Of a stretch of DNA of 64,000 nucleotides, positions 33,010-42,840 are shown one piece after another. Under the pieces are notes generated by a model that saw nothing but the letters and a program-made list of their open reading frames with translations, was not told where the DNA came from and ran no database searches. The DNA is from an uncultured Bacillota bacterium. GTDB lineage: Bacteria; Bacillota; DTU025; MWDF01. The stretch spans positions 50,688 to 114,687 of the forward strand of contig CAWGMK010000002.1 in assembly GCA_963823655.1 (NCBI GenBank), written 5' to 3'. Position numbers and translations under genes: made by a program. How positions within the stretch are numbered: position 1 is the stretch's first letter; every line of letters starts with the position of its first letter.

Positions 33010-33922
33010 TTTTCTTCACCTCGCTCCTTTGACCGCTCATCTGGCCGCCTTTCTGGCGGTTTCCGATTACGAGGATTGCAAGGAAAAGAGCCGCTGTTAT
33101 GAATTTGAGGAGGTTGGCAGGCAGGCCGAGGCTTATCGCCGCCTGTATGCATACCTTGTACAGGATGCTCCCTGCCATGACCGCCGTTGTGCCCTTCACG
33201 AAGCCCAGCTTCTTGAAAAGGGTCGTGCCGATGATGACTGTGGCCAGGCCGAATACTACCTGCCCGGTTCCCATGGTGCTCGAGAAGGACCTCTGCTCCT
33301 GGCAGACTATTGCGCCAGCTAGTGCCACAAGCGCATTGGATATTACGAGGCCCGTGATTTTCACCGCCCCCTTGTCCTTGGCCAGTGTGGTCACAAGCAC
33401 GCTGTTGTCGCCAACGGCCCTTAGCAGTAGGCCGCTCTTGGTCTTGAAATAGGCGTCCAGAAGAAGCTTGAACAGGAGTGCCAGGATCGACGAGATGATG
33501 AGCTTCCTGTAGATGAGAGGCAGGCTGCCTAGTATCGCCATCGTGGGCGCTGCCGTGAATATCGTATCCACTTCGCGGCCGATTATCAGGTTCGAGCCTG
33601 CGATCTGGAGGTTTATGGAGAACAGGGCGGTCATCGTTATTATGCCTGCTAGCAAGTCGCGCACATTAAGCTTTACGTGTATCAGCCCGGTAATGAGACC
33701 TGCCAGGGCGCCGACAGCAAGGACTATGGGTATGGCAAGGTAAGCATTGACGCCTCTGGTCAGCAGCACTGCCGTAACTGCCGCGCCCAGAGGGAAGCTG
33801 CCGTCGACCGTAAGGTCCGGGAAGTCTAGTATCCTGTAGGTTATGTAGACCCCGTAAGACAGCAGCGCGTATATCAGTCCCTGTGTCAGGGTGCCGACCG
33901 CAAGGTCGAATAGACTGCCCAT
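33002..33922 (-). CDS. ABC transporter permease (TrpXYZ-type)
   Basis: LDFPDLTVDGSFPLG, LLAGII; multiple TM helices. Confidence 0.9.
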   Translation of the reverse strand: MGSLFDLAVGTLTQGLIYALLSYGVYITYRILDFPDLTVDGSFPLGAAVTAVLLTRGVNAYLAIPIVLAVGALAGLITGLIHVKLNVRDLLAGIITMTALFSINLQIAGSNLIIGREVDTIFTAAPTMAILGSLPLIYRKLIISSILALLFKLLLDAYFKTKSGLLLRAVGDNSVLVTTLAKDKGAVKITGLVISNALVALAGAIVCQEQRSFSSTMGTGQVVFGLATVIIGTTLFKKLGFVKGTTAVMAGSILYKVCIQAAISLGLPANLLKFITAALFLAILVIGNRQKGGQMSGQRSEVKKSA

Positions 33923-34010
33923 TCAAATCGCTTCCTTCAAGACTTCAATTTGATATCGGGCGAGGCGGCGGATTTCCTGCCTCGCCCTTTCGATTCCAAA
34001 TACTGCCGTT

Positions 34011-34967
34011 CTATATGCCCGCCTCGATCGCCTTGGCAGCGATTTCGGACGGAAGGTTGATGCCCATTTCTAAAAGGGCTGCCGAGTTAATATAGATGCC
34101 ATACTCGCTTATCGTCTCATACGGCATTTCGGAGGCCTTTGCCTCCTTTTTCAGGATCTTCGCCGCCATCGCACCGGTCTGCTTGCCAAGCTCATAGTAA
34201 TCTATCCCAGCTGCCGCTACGCAGCCCAACTTCACCTGTTCCACTTCGCTCCCGTATACCGGGATGCCCGCTTCGCGCGTCTTCTCAAGCACCGATGAAA
34301 GCACGCCTACGACATTGTTGTCGGTAAGGTTCGACAGGCAATCCACTCCCCTTGATATAAGGGTGTCCGCTGCAAGGGTTACTTCCGACTGCTGGGTGAC
34401 TCCGATTGCCTCGATCGTAAATCCATAGCTTGCCGCCTTTTGCTGGTATTCGGCGATCGCGGACACGGAATTGGGCTCGCTGGTTGTGTAAATGATGCCG
34501 ATGGTAACGCACAAGGGCTGCAGCTGGCGGATTAGGTCCATCTGGGCATCCACAGGCAGCTTGTCGCTAGTGCCGGTGACGTTTCCGCTGTCAAGCTTCG
34601 CCTGCACGGGGTCGGTAATTGCCGTGAAGACCACAGGTATGTCCTTGTCCTCGGCGGCGGCATAGCAGGCTGTGGCCGAAGGAGTAGCGATTGCGCACAT
34701 CAGCGCCACATTGTTGCTGGAGAAGTTCTGGGCAATCTGGGTCGCTATGGCATCGTCGAAACCTGCATTCTGATAGTCCAGGGCGAAGTCCTTGCCCTCG
34801 GTGAGGCCTGCGTCTATCAGGCCCTGTACGAAGCCCTCCCTGCAGTTGTCCAGCGCGGCATGCTCCCCGTATTGCGAAATGCCGATCATCGGCAGCTTCT
34901 TGTCGCATCCCGAACCTATGATAAGTAATAGCGTAAGCATCAATACTGCGGCGATGTTCTTCTTCAT
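34011..34967 (-). CDS. trpX: ABC substrate-binding lipoprotein, probably tryptophan
   Basis: GSG-C lipobox, EHAALD, AIATPSA, FTAITDP, NVTGTSD; Trp T-box upstream; GGAGG RBS. Confidence 0.8.
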   Translation of the reverse strand: MKKNIAAVLMLTLLLIIGSGCDKKLPMIGISQYGEHAALDNCREGFVQGLIDAGLTEGKDFALDYQNAGFDDAIATQIAQNFSSNNVALMCAIATPSATACYAAAEDKDIPVVFTAITDPVQAKLDSGNVTGTSDKLPVDAQMDLIRQLQPLCVTIGIIYTTSEPNSVSAIAEYQQKAASYGFTIEAIGVTQQSEVTLAADTLISRGVDCLSNLTDNNVVGVLSSVLEKTREAGIPVYGSEVEQVKLGCVAAAGIDYYELGKQTGAMAAKILKKEAKASEMPYETISEYGIYINSAALLEMGINLPSEIAAKAIEAGI

Positions 34968-35071
34968 GTCAATTCCTCCGAAAATCATATTTGCCAAAAC
35001 CGTCGAATTTCGGGCCGCTTTGCCATCGCCTTGACAGTATGAACATATCTTTTCTCCTTCGCTGCTAGAAA

Positions 35072-35345
35072 ATAAAAAAACAGCCTCATCCCAAACATGG
35101 GACAAGACTGACGTCCTGCGGTACCACCCAATTTGGCTCTGTCTCCAAAGCCCTCTCATTCGCGCACACCTAATGCGCGTCCACCGGATAACGGGCTGGC
35201 CTCCCGTCGACGCCTACTCGCAGCATAAAGCCGCTTTCGGGTCGCCCTCGCAAGTCCATTCAATCAGCTTCCTAATGCGGCCCTCTCACTGTCGGCCGCT
35301 CGCTGCAATTTGCCCGCTGACATACTAATCTTGCTCATCGGTTTC
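35072..35345 (-). promoter_or_regulatory. T-box riboswitch, Trp specifier
   Basis: AAUUGGGUGGUACCGC T-box (35133-35118), terminator with U-run (35110-35072), specifier GAA-UGG-A (UGG at 35258-35256). Confidence 0.9.
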
Positions 35346-35364
35346 GTTTTTTCAATTGTTTCTG

Positions 35365-35393
35365 AGTTTAAATGCCGGCGGGGGAATTGTCAA
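35365..35393 (-). promoter_or_regulatory. Sigma70/SigA promoter for the T-box leader
   Basis: TTGACA-17 nt-TAAACT. Confidence 0.75.
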
Positions 35394-35437
35394 GGCGAAA
35401 GTCTCCCTCATCAGAATGAATGAAGCCTGTATAACAG

Positions 35438-35876
35438 TCAGATGATGCCCATTTTGCGTGCGTATCCAATAATCGCGTCGAAGACTTTCTCCTGAACGGA
35501 ACCTTCCACAACAGGCCTCCACGAGACCTGATCGAACTCCACGAAATCAGGTGCCAAGCTCTGTACCTTCACAGTCAAAAGACGAGGTAGATGATATCTT
35601 GTAGCGACGGCCGCCCCTGTCCAGATGCCAGTTGTTCCTCTCAGTGTAAGGGTCGCCTTCAACATTCTCATGGTAGCTAACCACGATTGCGTCCAGATAC
35701 ATTGCCCCCGCCTCATATTCTCCCAGCTTGATGCCGTCTTTCACAAAGTACCATTCTATGCCGGCATCCTTTGCCACCCTTACTGTGCCGCTCATTTGAC
35801 GGACAGCCGGCCAAAGGAGAAGGGTTGACAGCATGATGGCGCAAAGCATCGCAATGACAGCGGGTCTTCTGATCAT
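35438..35876 (-). CDS. Hypothetical membrane-anchored protein, probable frameshift
   Basis: N-terminal TM helix with GGAGG RBS; two overlapping ORFs. Confidence 0.45.
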
Positions 35877-36151
35877 CTTCCCCTCCGATCGCCTTGTGGC
35901 AGTGCGAGTCCGTGTGGATATAAAAGTTCGACGATCCGCCCGCCTATACCTCTAACAGGGAGGGCAGCCCCAATGGCAAAGGCGTGCAATCTATAGCGAG
36001 AACTTCGCTTCGCTGTGTGTTGTTCCGGAAAAACGTACCAGAAAAAACCTTCAGTTAAGCTAGGACCGAACGGACGGCATCGGTTAAAAGGGTGAAATTA
36101 ATATAGAATGGTGATAAGAGACTTGGCGAATCTATACAAAGGAGCAAAACG

Positions 36152-37423
36152 ATGAAAAGGCGCTTAATTCTAGCGGCAATTCTTTTCTGCCTGCTAACTA
36201 ACGGCATAGCTGCCGCGGCACCCTCGCTTCTGCCCTTTGATGCCTCCTGGACTGCGGATAAGGTGAACGAGCTTATAATAACCGGGGCAAATGTGAATGA
36301 GAAGGACAAGAACGGCGTTACGCCTTTGATGTCGGCAGCCAAGCGCTGCACTGACGTAAAAGCTATTGAGGCGCTTTTATATGCCGGAGCCTTGGTCGGC
36401 GACATGGACAATAACAGCTGGACGGCGCTAATGTTCGCCGTAAGGTTCAATCCGAACCCGGATATCGCGCTCCTTCTGATAGGCAAAGGTGCGGATCTGA
36501 CAGGCAAGCTGGGAGAAAAGACGCTCTTCGAATACGCGGTAGAAGCCAAAATGGAAGGCAGGCTTATCGCTGCATTGATGCCGAAGCCGTCAGAGCCGGT
36601 TGTGAGGGACTGGAAGCTCAACTCCATTTCCGCAAACGGGTACAGCAGCCTGGGGCTCATGGAAGACGGCACCGTGATTACTGCCGGCAGCAACAAGCTG
36701 AGGCAGCTTGAGGTTAAAAGCTGGCACGACATCATAGCCCTGGCGGCAGGGCCTCACTATACATTGGGCTTGAAGGTGGACGGCACCGTCGTTGCGGCCG
36801 GAGTCAACTATGACGGGGAGCTTAATGTCTCGGGCTGGACCGACATAGCAGGTATTGCGGCAGGAGGCTCGCATTCCGTCGGAGTAAAGGCGGACGGCAC
36901 AGTAGTCGCAACCGGTCAGGGTTACGGCGGTCAGCTGAAGGTTGACGGCTGGTGGGGAATCATCGCCGTTGCGGCAGGCGACAGTCATACAGTGGGGCTC
37001 AAGGCGGACGGCACGGTAGTCGCCACAGGCAGCAACGCGGAGAAACAGTGCAACGTCAGCGAGTGGAAGGACATAGTGGCAATTGCGGCAGGCGGCTGGC
37101 ACACGCTGGGCCTTAAGGCGGACGGCACTGTCGTGTCCACGGGCGCCAATTACGACGGCAGGTGCAATACCTCGGACTGGAAGAACATCGTCGCAATCGC
37201 GGCGAGCGACTACCACTCGGTAGGATTGAGGGAAGACGGGACCGTGGTAGCCATAGGAAAGGGCAACTTCATGCAGCTTGAGGTGGCCGGATGGTATGGC
37301 ATCGTGGCAATCGCTGTAGGAGATTCCCATACTTTGGGCGCCAAGGCTGACGGCACAGTCATAGGGACCGGCTGGAACGAATATGGCCAGCTGAATACAT
37401 CGGGCTGGCGTTTGTGGCAATGA
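36152..37423 (+). CDS. Secreted ankyrin + RCC1-repeat protein
   Basis: Signal peptide; GANVNEKDKNGVTPLM ankyrin repeats; seven IVAIAAG..H(T/S).GLK.DGTVVA.G RCC1 blades. Confidence 0.88.
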   Translation: MKRRLILAAILFCLLTNGIAAAAPSLLPFDASWTADKVNELIITGANVNEKDKNGVTPLMSAAKRCTDVKAIEALLYAGALVGDMDNNSWTALMFAVRFNPNPDIALLLIGKGADLTGKLGEKTLFEYAVEAKMEGRLIAALMPKPSEPVVRDWKLNSISANGYSSLGLMEDGTVITAGSNKLRQLEVKSWHDIIALAAGPHYTLGLKVDGTVVAAGVNYDGELNVSGWTDIAGIAAGGSHSVGVKADGTVVATGQGYGGQLKVDGWWGIIAVAAGDSHTVGLKADGTVVATGSNAEKQCNVSEWKDIVAIAAGGWHTLGLKADGTVVSTGANYDGRCNTSDWKNIVAIAASDYHSVGLREDGTVVAIGKGNFMQLEVAGWYGIVAIAVGDSHTLGAKADGTVIGTGWNEYGQLNTSGWRLWQ

Positions 37424-37499
37424 AGCGCGGCTCCCATTTGCCTTAAAGCTTCTGACAGGAAAACTGCTGGACGATAACCCTTCGTCAATAGATAGGGCT

Positions 37500-37532
37500 G
37501 AAGCCGCCGGGAGAACCGGCGGCTTCGCCTTT
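37500..37532 (+). terminator. Intrinsic terminator-like hairpin
   Basis: GAAGCCGCCGG / CCGGCGGCTTC stem. Confidence 0.55.
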
Positions 37533-37606
37533 GCCTGCCCCAAATCTGCTAGAGCGCGCACCAAATCCTTATTTTCCTCTCTCAGTCTGCCAGAAAGTCC
37601 TGAAAA

Positions 37607-37620
37607 TTGACGCAGGTCAA
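37607..37620 (+). promoter_or_regulatory. Fnr/Flp-type operator
   Basis: TTGAC-GCAG-GTCAA palindrome ~57 nt upstream of an operon that ends in a Crp/Fnr gene. Confidence 0.7.
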
Positions 37621-37677
37621 TGCAATGCCCCCGGAATCGTCGCATCATTAAAGTACAAAATCTAAGGAGGTAATCTC

Positions 37678-37893
37678 ATGATGAATAAGACATACCAGTT
37701 GGAGACCGTAACATGCCCCAGTTGCATAGCAAAGATCGAAGGGATGCTCAAGAGGACTCAGGGCATACAGGAAGCAGAAGTCATGTTCAACAGCTCAAGG
37801 GTGAAGGTAGCGTTCGACGAGAGCGTAGTAGACGGTGAGACGATTAAGGGAAACATAGCCAAGCTGGGCTTCAAGGTACTGTCTGAGAAGTAG
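37678..37893 (+). CDS. Heavy-metal-associated (HMA/CopZ-like) chaperone
   Basis: TCPSC metal motif, 71 aa. Confidence 0.88.
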   Translation: MMNKTYQLETVTCPSCIAKIEGMLKRTQGIQEAEVMFNSSRVKVAFDESVVDGETIKGNIAKLGFKVLSEK

Positions 37894-37912
37894 TGACAAA
37901 GGGGGGTATCGG

Positions 37913-39777
37913 ATGTTTACCATGACTAAAGGCCGGAGGATCCTGCTATCGGGCATATTGGTTGCCGTTTCCTACCTTCTTAAGAGGGCGATGGGTTACG
38001 CGCCGATAACGGTCGTTCTCATGCTGGCCTCCACTGTTCTTGCCGGTACCCCCATCTTCAGAAAAGCGATAGGCGCGCTCAGGTACAAGATCGTAGGAAT
38101 TGACGCTTTGGTGACGATTGCAGTCACAGGGGCTGTCCTGATAGGCGAGTACTGGGAGGCGGCCGCGGTCACCTTCCTGTTCATGTTCGGAGACTACCTG
38201 GAAGCGATGACTATTGAGAAGACGCGCTCCTCAATAAAGGCGCTACTGGACTCCGCCCCGGACTCGGCCAGGGTCAGCAGGGGCGGGATTGAGGAGATAA
38301 TCAGCCCTGACGCCGTCGTTAAGGGCGATCTGGTAATTGTGAAGCCGGGCGAGAAGATCTCCGTAGACGGCACGATAGCGGAAGGCACGGCATACATCAA
38401 TCAAGCTGCAATTACGGGAGAGCCGATACCGGCCGAGAGGACAGTAGATGAAAAGGTATTCTCCGGAACGATAGTAGAATCCGGGTATTTGATAATAAGG
38501 GCGGATAGAGTGGGCGATGACACGACATTCGCAAGGATACTGCATATGGTGGAGGAGGCCCAGGACAAGAAGGCCAAGACGCAGAAATTCCTGGAAAGGT
38601 TCTCCCGTTATTACACGCCGGGCGTCATCCTGCTGGCATCTGCTATGTACTTAATAACAAAAGACCTGGTTTTGGCGCTCACGCTTCTGGTGATCGCATG
38701 CCCGGGAGCCCTTGTCATTTCCGCCCCGGTGTCCATAGTAGCCGGCATCGGCAACGGCGCTAAGAACGGCGTTCTGGTCAAAGGCGGCGACATCATGGAG
38801 AAGCTGGGCACGGTGCGAGCCATCGCATTCGACAAGACCGGGACGCTTACGATAGGAAAACCCAGAGTTAAGGGCATACAAGCCTACGGCATCACCGAGG
38901 AATCGCTGCTTCGCATCGCGGCAGTCGGCGAAAGCTACTCCGAACATCCATTGGCCAAAGCTATAATCGACGAGGCTGTTGAAAGGCTGGGTCCGATTTC
39001 TGAAAGGCCTGAAGGCGCACAGTTTACGAAAGGCCAGGGCCTCATATTCGACCTCGGCGGGGAAAAGTACTTGATAGGAAACAGGAAGCTGTTCGACGCG
39101 AATGGAGTACCGTTGCAGGAACATGAGGGCTATTTGAGATCCGAAGAGGAGAAGGGGCGCACCACTGTAATCGTCGGCGACGCCAAGAGGGTGCTGGGCA
39201 TACTATCGATTGCGGATGTTGTGCGGCCTGACGCGAAAGCCCTTATCCAGAGGCTGAAGTCGCTTGGCATAAGGAAGGTAGTAATGCTCACGGGTGACAA
39301 CGAGAGGGCGGCGAAGGCCATTTCGGACGAGCTGGGCCTGGACGGCTACTTCGCAGAGCTTATGCCCGAGGACAAGGTCCGCATCTTGAATGAGCTTCAA
39401 AGCGCGAACGGCAAAGTCGCCATGGTGGGCGACGGCGTAAATGACGCGCCGGCACTCGCCAGCGCGGACCTGGGGATCGCAATAGGCGGCGGAGGAACTG
39501 ACGTTGCGATTGAGACCGCGGACGTTGTGCTCATGTCGTCGGAGCTGAAAAGCTGTCGTATGCCATCGGCTTAAGCCGGGCGACTGTGGGTAATATGAAG
39601 CAGAATATCTATTTCGCCCTATTCGTCGCGGCACTGCTGCTGGCAGGCGTCCTGGTGAAGACGGTTAACTTGTCGTTTGGCATGCTGGTTCACGAAATGT
39701 CCGTCCTGCTTGTTATAATCAATGCAGTAAGGTTGCTCGGCTACGGAAAAAGCATGGGCCGAAGGATAACGCAGTAA
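37913..39777 (+). CDS. P1B-type heavy-metal translocating ATPase, frameshift ~39550
   Basis: TGE, CPGAL, DKTGTLT, SEHPLA, GDGVNDAP; last TMs (HEMS) lie in ORF 39586-39777. Confidence 0.9.
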
Positions 39778-39841
39778 GGCCCAAAGGCCACTTCAAGCAG
39801 TGTGAATCCTGCAATCCTCAAACATGACAGGGGGTTTGGAA

Positions 39842-40522
39842 ATGGGCTGCAACTGCTCCTTGCACAAAGTCCCCAATTGCATAGAGTCCGTGCCGATTTT
39901 CAGCAACATCACCGAGGATGAGATGCTGAAAATCGCCGCCATTACCACGGACAGGACCTATCAGAAGGGCGAGATGGTCTACATCCAGGGGGATAAGGGC
40001 GGCAGGCTGTTCGTGCTCCATAAGGGGCAGATAAAGATTACAAGGCTCAGTGCCGCAGGCAAAGAGCAGGTAATAAGGGTGCTGGGGCCAGGCGCTTTTA
40101 TGGGGGAGCTATCTCTCTTCAGCCCGGTGCCTTTGACCGAAAATGCCGAGGCTTTGGAGGCATCCACCATGTGCATAATCGAAGGCGGGAAGCTGAAGGA
40201 GCTTATGGTGGGTAACCCTTCCATTGCGCTTAAGATCATCGAGGAGCTGAGCAAGCGCCTGGAAAGCGCGGAAGAGCTTATCGAGGGGGCGAACCTTTTA
40301 ACAGTGGAGCAGAGGTTGGCCGGGGCTCTTTTAAAGCTTGCCGGCGAAGGCTTCGAAATCGTGCTCAGCATGAAGAAGGCGGACTTGGCCTCACAGATCG
40401 GCATGAGCCAGGAGACGCTGTCCAGGAAGTTGTCATCCTTTCAGGAACAGGGGTTAATCGAGCTTGAGGGGCAGAGGACCATACGCATTCTGGATAAGAG
40501 GCGGCTCACTGACATTAAATAG
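39842..40522 (+). CDS. Crp/Fnr-family regulator (Flp-like)
   Basis: N-terminal Cys/His cluster, GELSLF, HTH ETLSRKL. Confidence 0.9.
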   Translation: MGCNCSLHKVPNCIESVPIFSNITEDEMLKIAAITTDRTYQKGEMVYIQGDKGGRLFVLHKGQIKITRLSAAGKEQVIRVLGPGAFMGELSLFSPVPLTENAEALEASTMCIIEGGKLKELMVGNPSIALKIIEELSKRLESAEELIEGANLLTVEQRLAGALLKLAGEGFEIVLSMKKADLASQIGMSQETLSRKLSSFQEQGLIELEGQRTIRILDKRRLTDIK

Positions 40523-40772
40523 CGAGGTCACATCCATTCCTCTAATTCAATAATCACATCGGAGCTTCAGCACGAGGCTTTTAATAAAGTCCATTCACTT
40601 GGCCAACCACCGAACTGAGGCTCTTTTTATGCTGGCCACCCATCACATTTTCTAGACAAAAGAGAAAACGAAAATGGCTCTTGGCAGGTGATTATCACCG
40701 CTAGGCCCGCTTTGGCGCAGTTCCATCTTCTTGTAAGTGAGCAGGGTTCAGTCGAGGATTAGCACTTGTTGA

Positions 40773-40809
40773 TGTTTACAATATTCACTAATCTGATAAA
40801 ATGTAAACA
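40773..40809 (+). promoter_or_regulatory. Inverted-repeat operator overlapping a promoter
   Basis: TGTTTACA-N21-TGTAAACA, overlapping TTTACA-16 nt-TAAAAT, upstream of the XRE gene. Confidence 0.55.
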
Positions 40810-40827
40810 GAGAGGAGGGGAGAAATC

Positions 40828-41871
40828 ATGGTGGGAAAGAATATAAAGTACTACCGGTTGTTGAACGGGATGACTATTGCCACCCTGGCTGACAGAGTTG
40901 GCATCACTAAGATGGCTATATCAAACTACGAGAACAGCCTAAGGAAACCCGACATCGTTACTCTAAGGAAGATAGCCGATGTGTTTAATCTGGGCATAGC
41001 GAAGCTGCTTGCTCAGCAAAGCGGCAACCTGGTATTTTCGCATGGTCCTTTCAGAAAGAATTCCGATTTGAAAGCATCAACTCAGGAGCTTGTAAGAGAA
41101 AGTGTGGAGCAGTACTGCAATCGCTTCATGGCTGTTGTAGAAGTCCTCGGCGATAAAGTCCTGCCGGACGCTCCCCAATGCAATAAAATCCGCTTGTCCG
41201 AAAATGATGAGGTTAACGGCAAAGAGATTAGGAAATGGCTTGGATTGTCCCTCAACGGTCCTGTCGGCAACCTCGTAATGGCACTGGAAAACTCAGGCTT
41301 CGTAATCTTAAGGCTTTACGTTGAAGACAAGAAGTTCTCCGGCATTAGCGGATTTGTTAACAATCGTCCCTACATTGTAGTCAATATCAGGATGAATCCT
41401 GAAAGGCAGCGTTCTACTATAGCTCATGAGCTTGCCCACCTATGCTTCGAATGGCCTGTTGACATGGACGCAGAAAGCGTTGAGAGGCGGGCAAATTCGG
41501 TTATGGGAGCTTTCCTTTTCCCCAAGGAAGATGCAATCAGGGAACTTGGAATACGTCGCTCAACCATAGGAAAGGATATGGAACTGGTTGCCGCGGAGTA
41601 TGGCATCTCCATGCTTCTTCTGGCGATGAGGGCGAAGCTTATTGCGATTATCACCATTAATGAGCATAGAAATTTCTCGATCCAGGCATCTAAAATTGGC
41701 TGGAGGAAGAACGAACCTTCGCGCATATGTGAAGAGAAAGCCACCTTGTTCGAGCAGCTGGCATACCGGGCGGTCTCTGAAGGGGACATCTCGATACAAA
41801 AGGGCGCAGAACTGCTTGAAAAGCCATATTTGGAGGTGGAGCGCGCCTGTCTCACTAATGGAGGGCAGTAG
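40828..41871 (+). CDS. XRE HTH + ImmA/IrrE-family Zn metallopeptidase
   Basis: N-terminal HTH (AISNYEN..RKP); RQRSTIAHELAH...ERRAN. Confidence 0.9.
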   Translation: MVGKNIKYYRLLNGMTIATLADRVGITKMAISNYENSLRKPDIVTLRKIADVFNLGIAKLLAQQSGNLVFSHGPFRKNSDLKASTQELVRESVEQYCNRFMAVVEVLGDKVLPDAPQCNKIRLSENDEVNGKEIRKWLGLSLNGPVGNLVMALENSGFVILRLYVEDKKFSGISGFVNNRPYIVVNIRMNPERQRSTIAHELAHLCFEWPVDMDAESVERRANSVMGAFLFPKEDAIRELGIRRSTIGKDMELVAAEYGISMLLLAMRAKLIAIITINEHRNFSIQASKIGWRKNEPSRICEEKATLFEQLAYRAVSEGDISIQKGAELLEKPYLEVERACLTNGGQ

Positions 41872-41934
41872 ATGCACATCTGCAGCGACACATGCATATG
41901 GATCGACTTTCTAACAATAGGCGCTTTTAAGTAG
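41872..41934 (+). pseudogene. 20-codon stub of a probable PIN-domain gene
   Basis: GGAGG RBS; MHICSDTCIWIDF resembles the PIN first strand D(T/S)xxxID; abuts the XRE-ImmA stop. Confidence 0.5.
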
Positions 41935-42008
41935 CAACAGCCACAGCAAATGAAGGTTCCCGGCATTGGGCAATCGCCTTCTGTCCGGGCCAACAAAGGA
42001 TTTCCCAA

Positions 42009-42773
42009 TTACTGCTTCTTGTTCGCGTTCATAATCCTTACGACCTCCCTGATAGGCAAAGCCGGGAGGGATATCAAAATGGAGTTGTCCTTAATCTTCT
42101 CACCTCTTCTGAGATACGAATTGATACCTATGGAGCAGTTTTCGCCGATTTCCGTATTCGGCCCCAGCTTTACGCTCGCCCCTATCAGAGTGCCTTTTCC
42201 AATTGTGATGTTGTTCAGTACAATCTGTCCGTTTTCGAACAGGTGGCAGGTGATATCCGTATCCCCTCCTATTACTACGTCATCGTCAAGGCGCAGCAGA
42301 TAGACATCATGCAGGCTCTTCGTGTTGATGAAGACGTTGTTGCCGATTTTACACCCGCAAAGCCTCAGGAATAGCTTGAAGATCGCGGTGCCCTGGATGA
42401 ACGGAAGGAATGTGTTCAAAGCGACGGTGTGAAGGCCGCCGTTAATGAGCCAGCGCACGAAAGTAAGAGACGCCGGAGGGTACTTGCCGGGCTTGATTCC
42501 CTGCGTAATAATGCGTTCGAACAGCCCGAATACTATGGCTGCCGTAATGAAGAACACGTACATGGCGATCGGTACCATGAAGCAGAACAGAAGTATACTG
42601 GATATCTTCACATCGGCAAGAAGCCTTAATGTAGAATGGTAAAGAATGTAGAAAGAGGGAACTAGCGAGATCCCGATCACAAAGGAATAGAATGTGAAAG
42701 TAACCAATGTGAGGGAAGTCGATATCAGAGAAGTGTGTATTATGTAATCTAGGAATTTCTTGATATGGAACAC
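42009..42773 (-). CDS. Membrane-anchored hexapeptide-repeat (LbetaH) acyltransferase
   Basis: TM helices, then GCKIGNNVFI...ITIGKGTLIG...IGENCSIG. Confidence 0.8.
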   Translation of the reverse strand: MFHIKKFLDYIIHTSLISTSLTLVTFTFYSFVIGISLVPSFYILYHSTLRLLADVKISSILLFCFMVPIAMYVFFITAAIVFGLFERIITQGIKPGKYPPASLTFVRWLINGGLHTVALNTFLPFIQGTAIFKLFLRLCGCKIGNNVFINTKSLHDVYLLRLDDDVVIGGDTDITCHLFENGQIVLNNITIGKGTLIGASVKLGPNTEIGENCSIGINSYLRRGEKIKDNSILISLPALPIREVVRIMNANKKQ

Positions 42774-42840
42774 CTCCTGTAGTAGGATTTAGAGGATTAA
42801 TAAGATTATCTTACTATAATACAAGTAACAAGGAGCGTAT

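Noticed and set aside
36620-37420. ~111 nt periodic repeats
   Set aside because: RCC1 blade coding repeats
40828-41871. Prophage or ICE marked by the ImmA-like gene
   Set aside because: No integrase, att-like repeats, or phage/conjugation genes in the window
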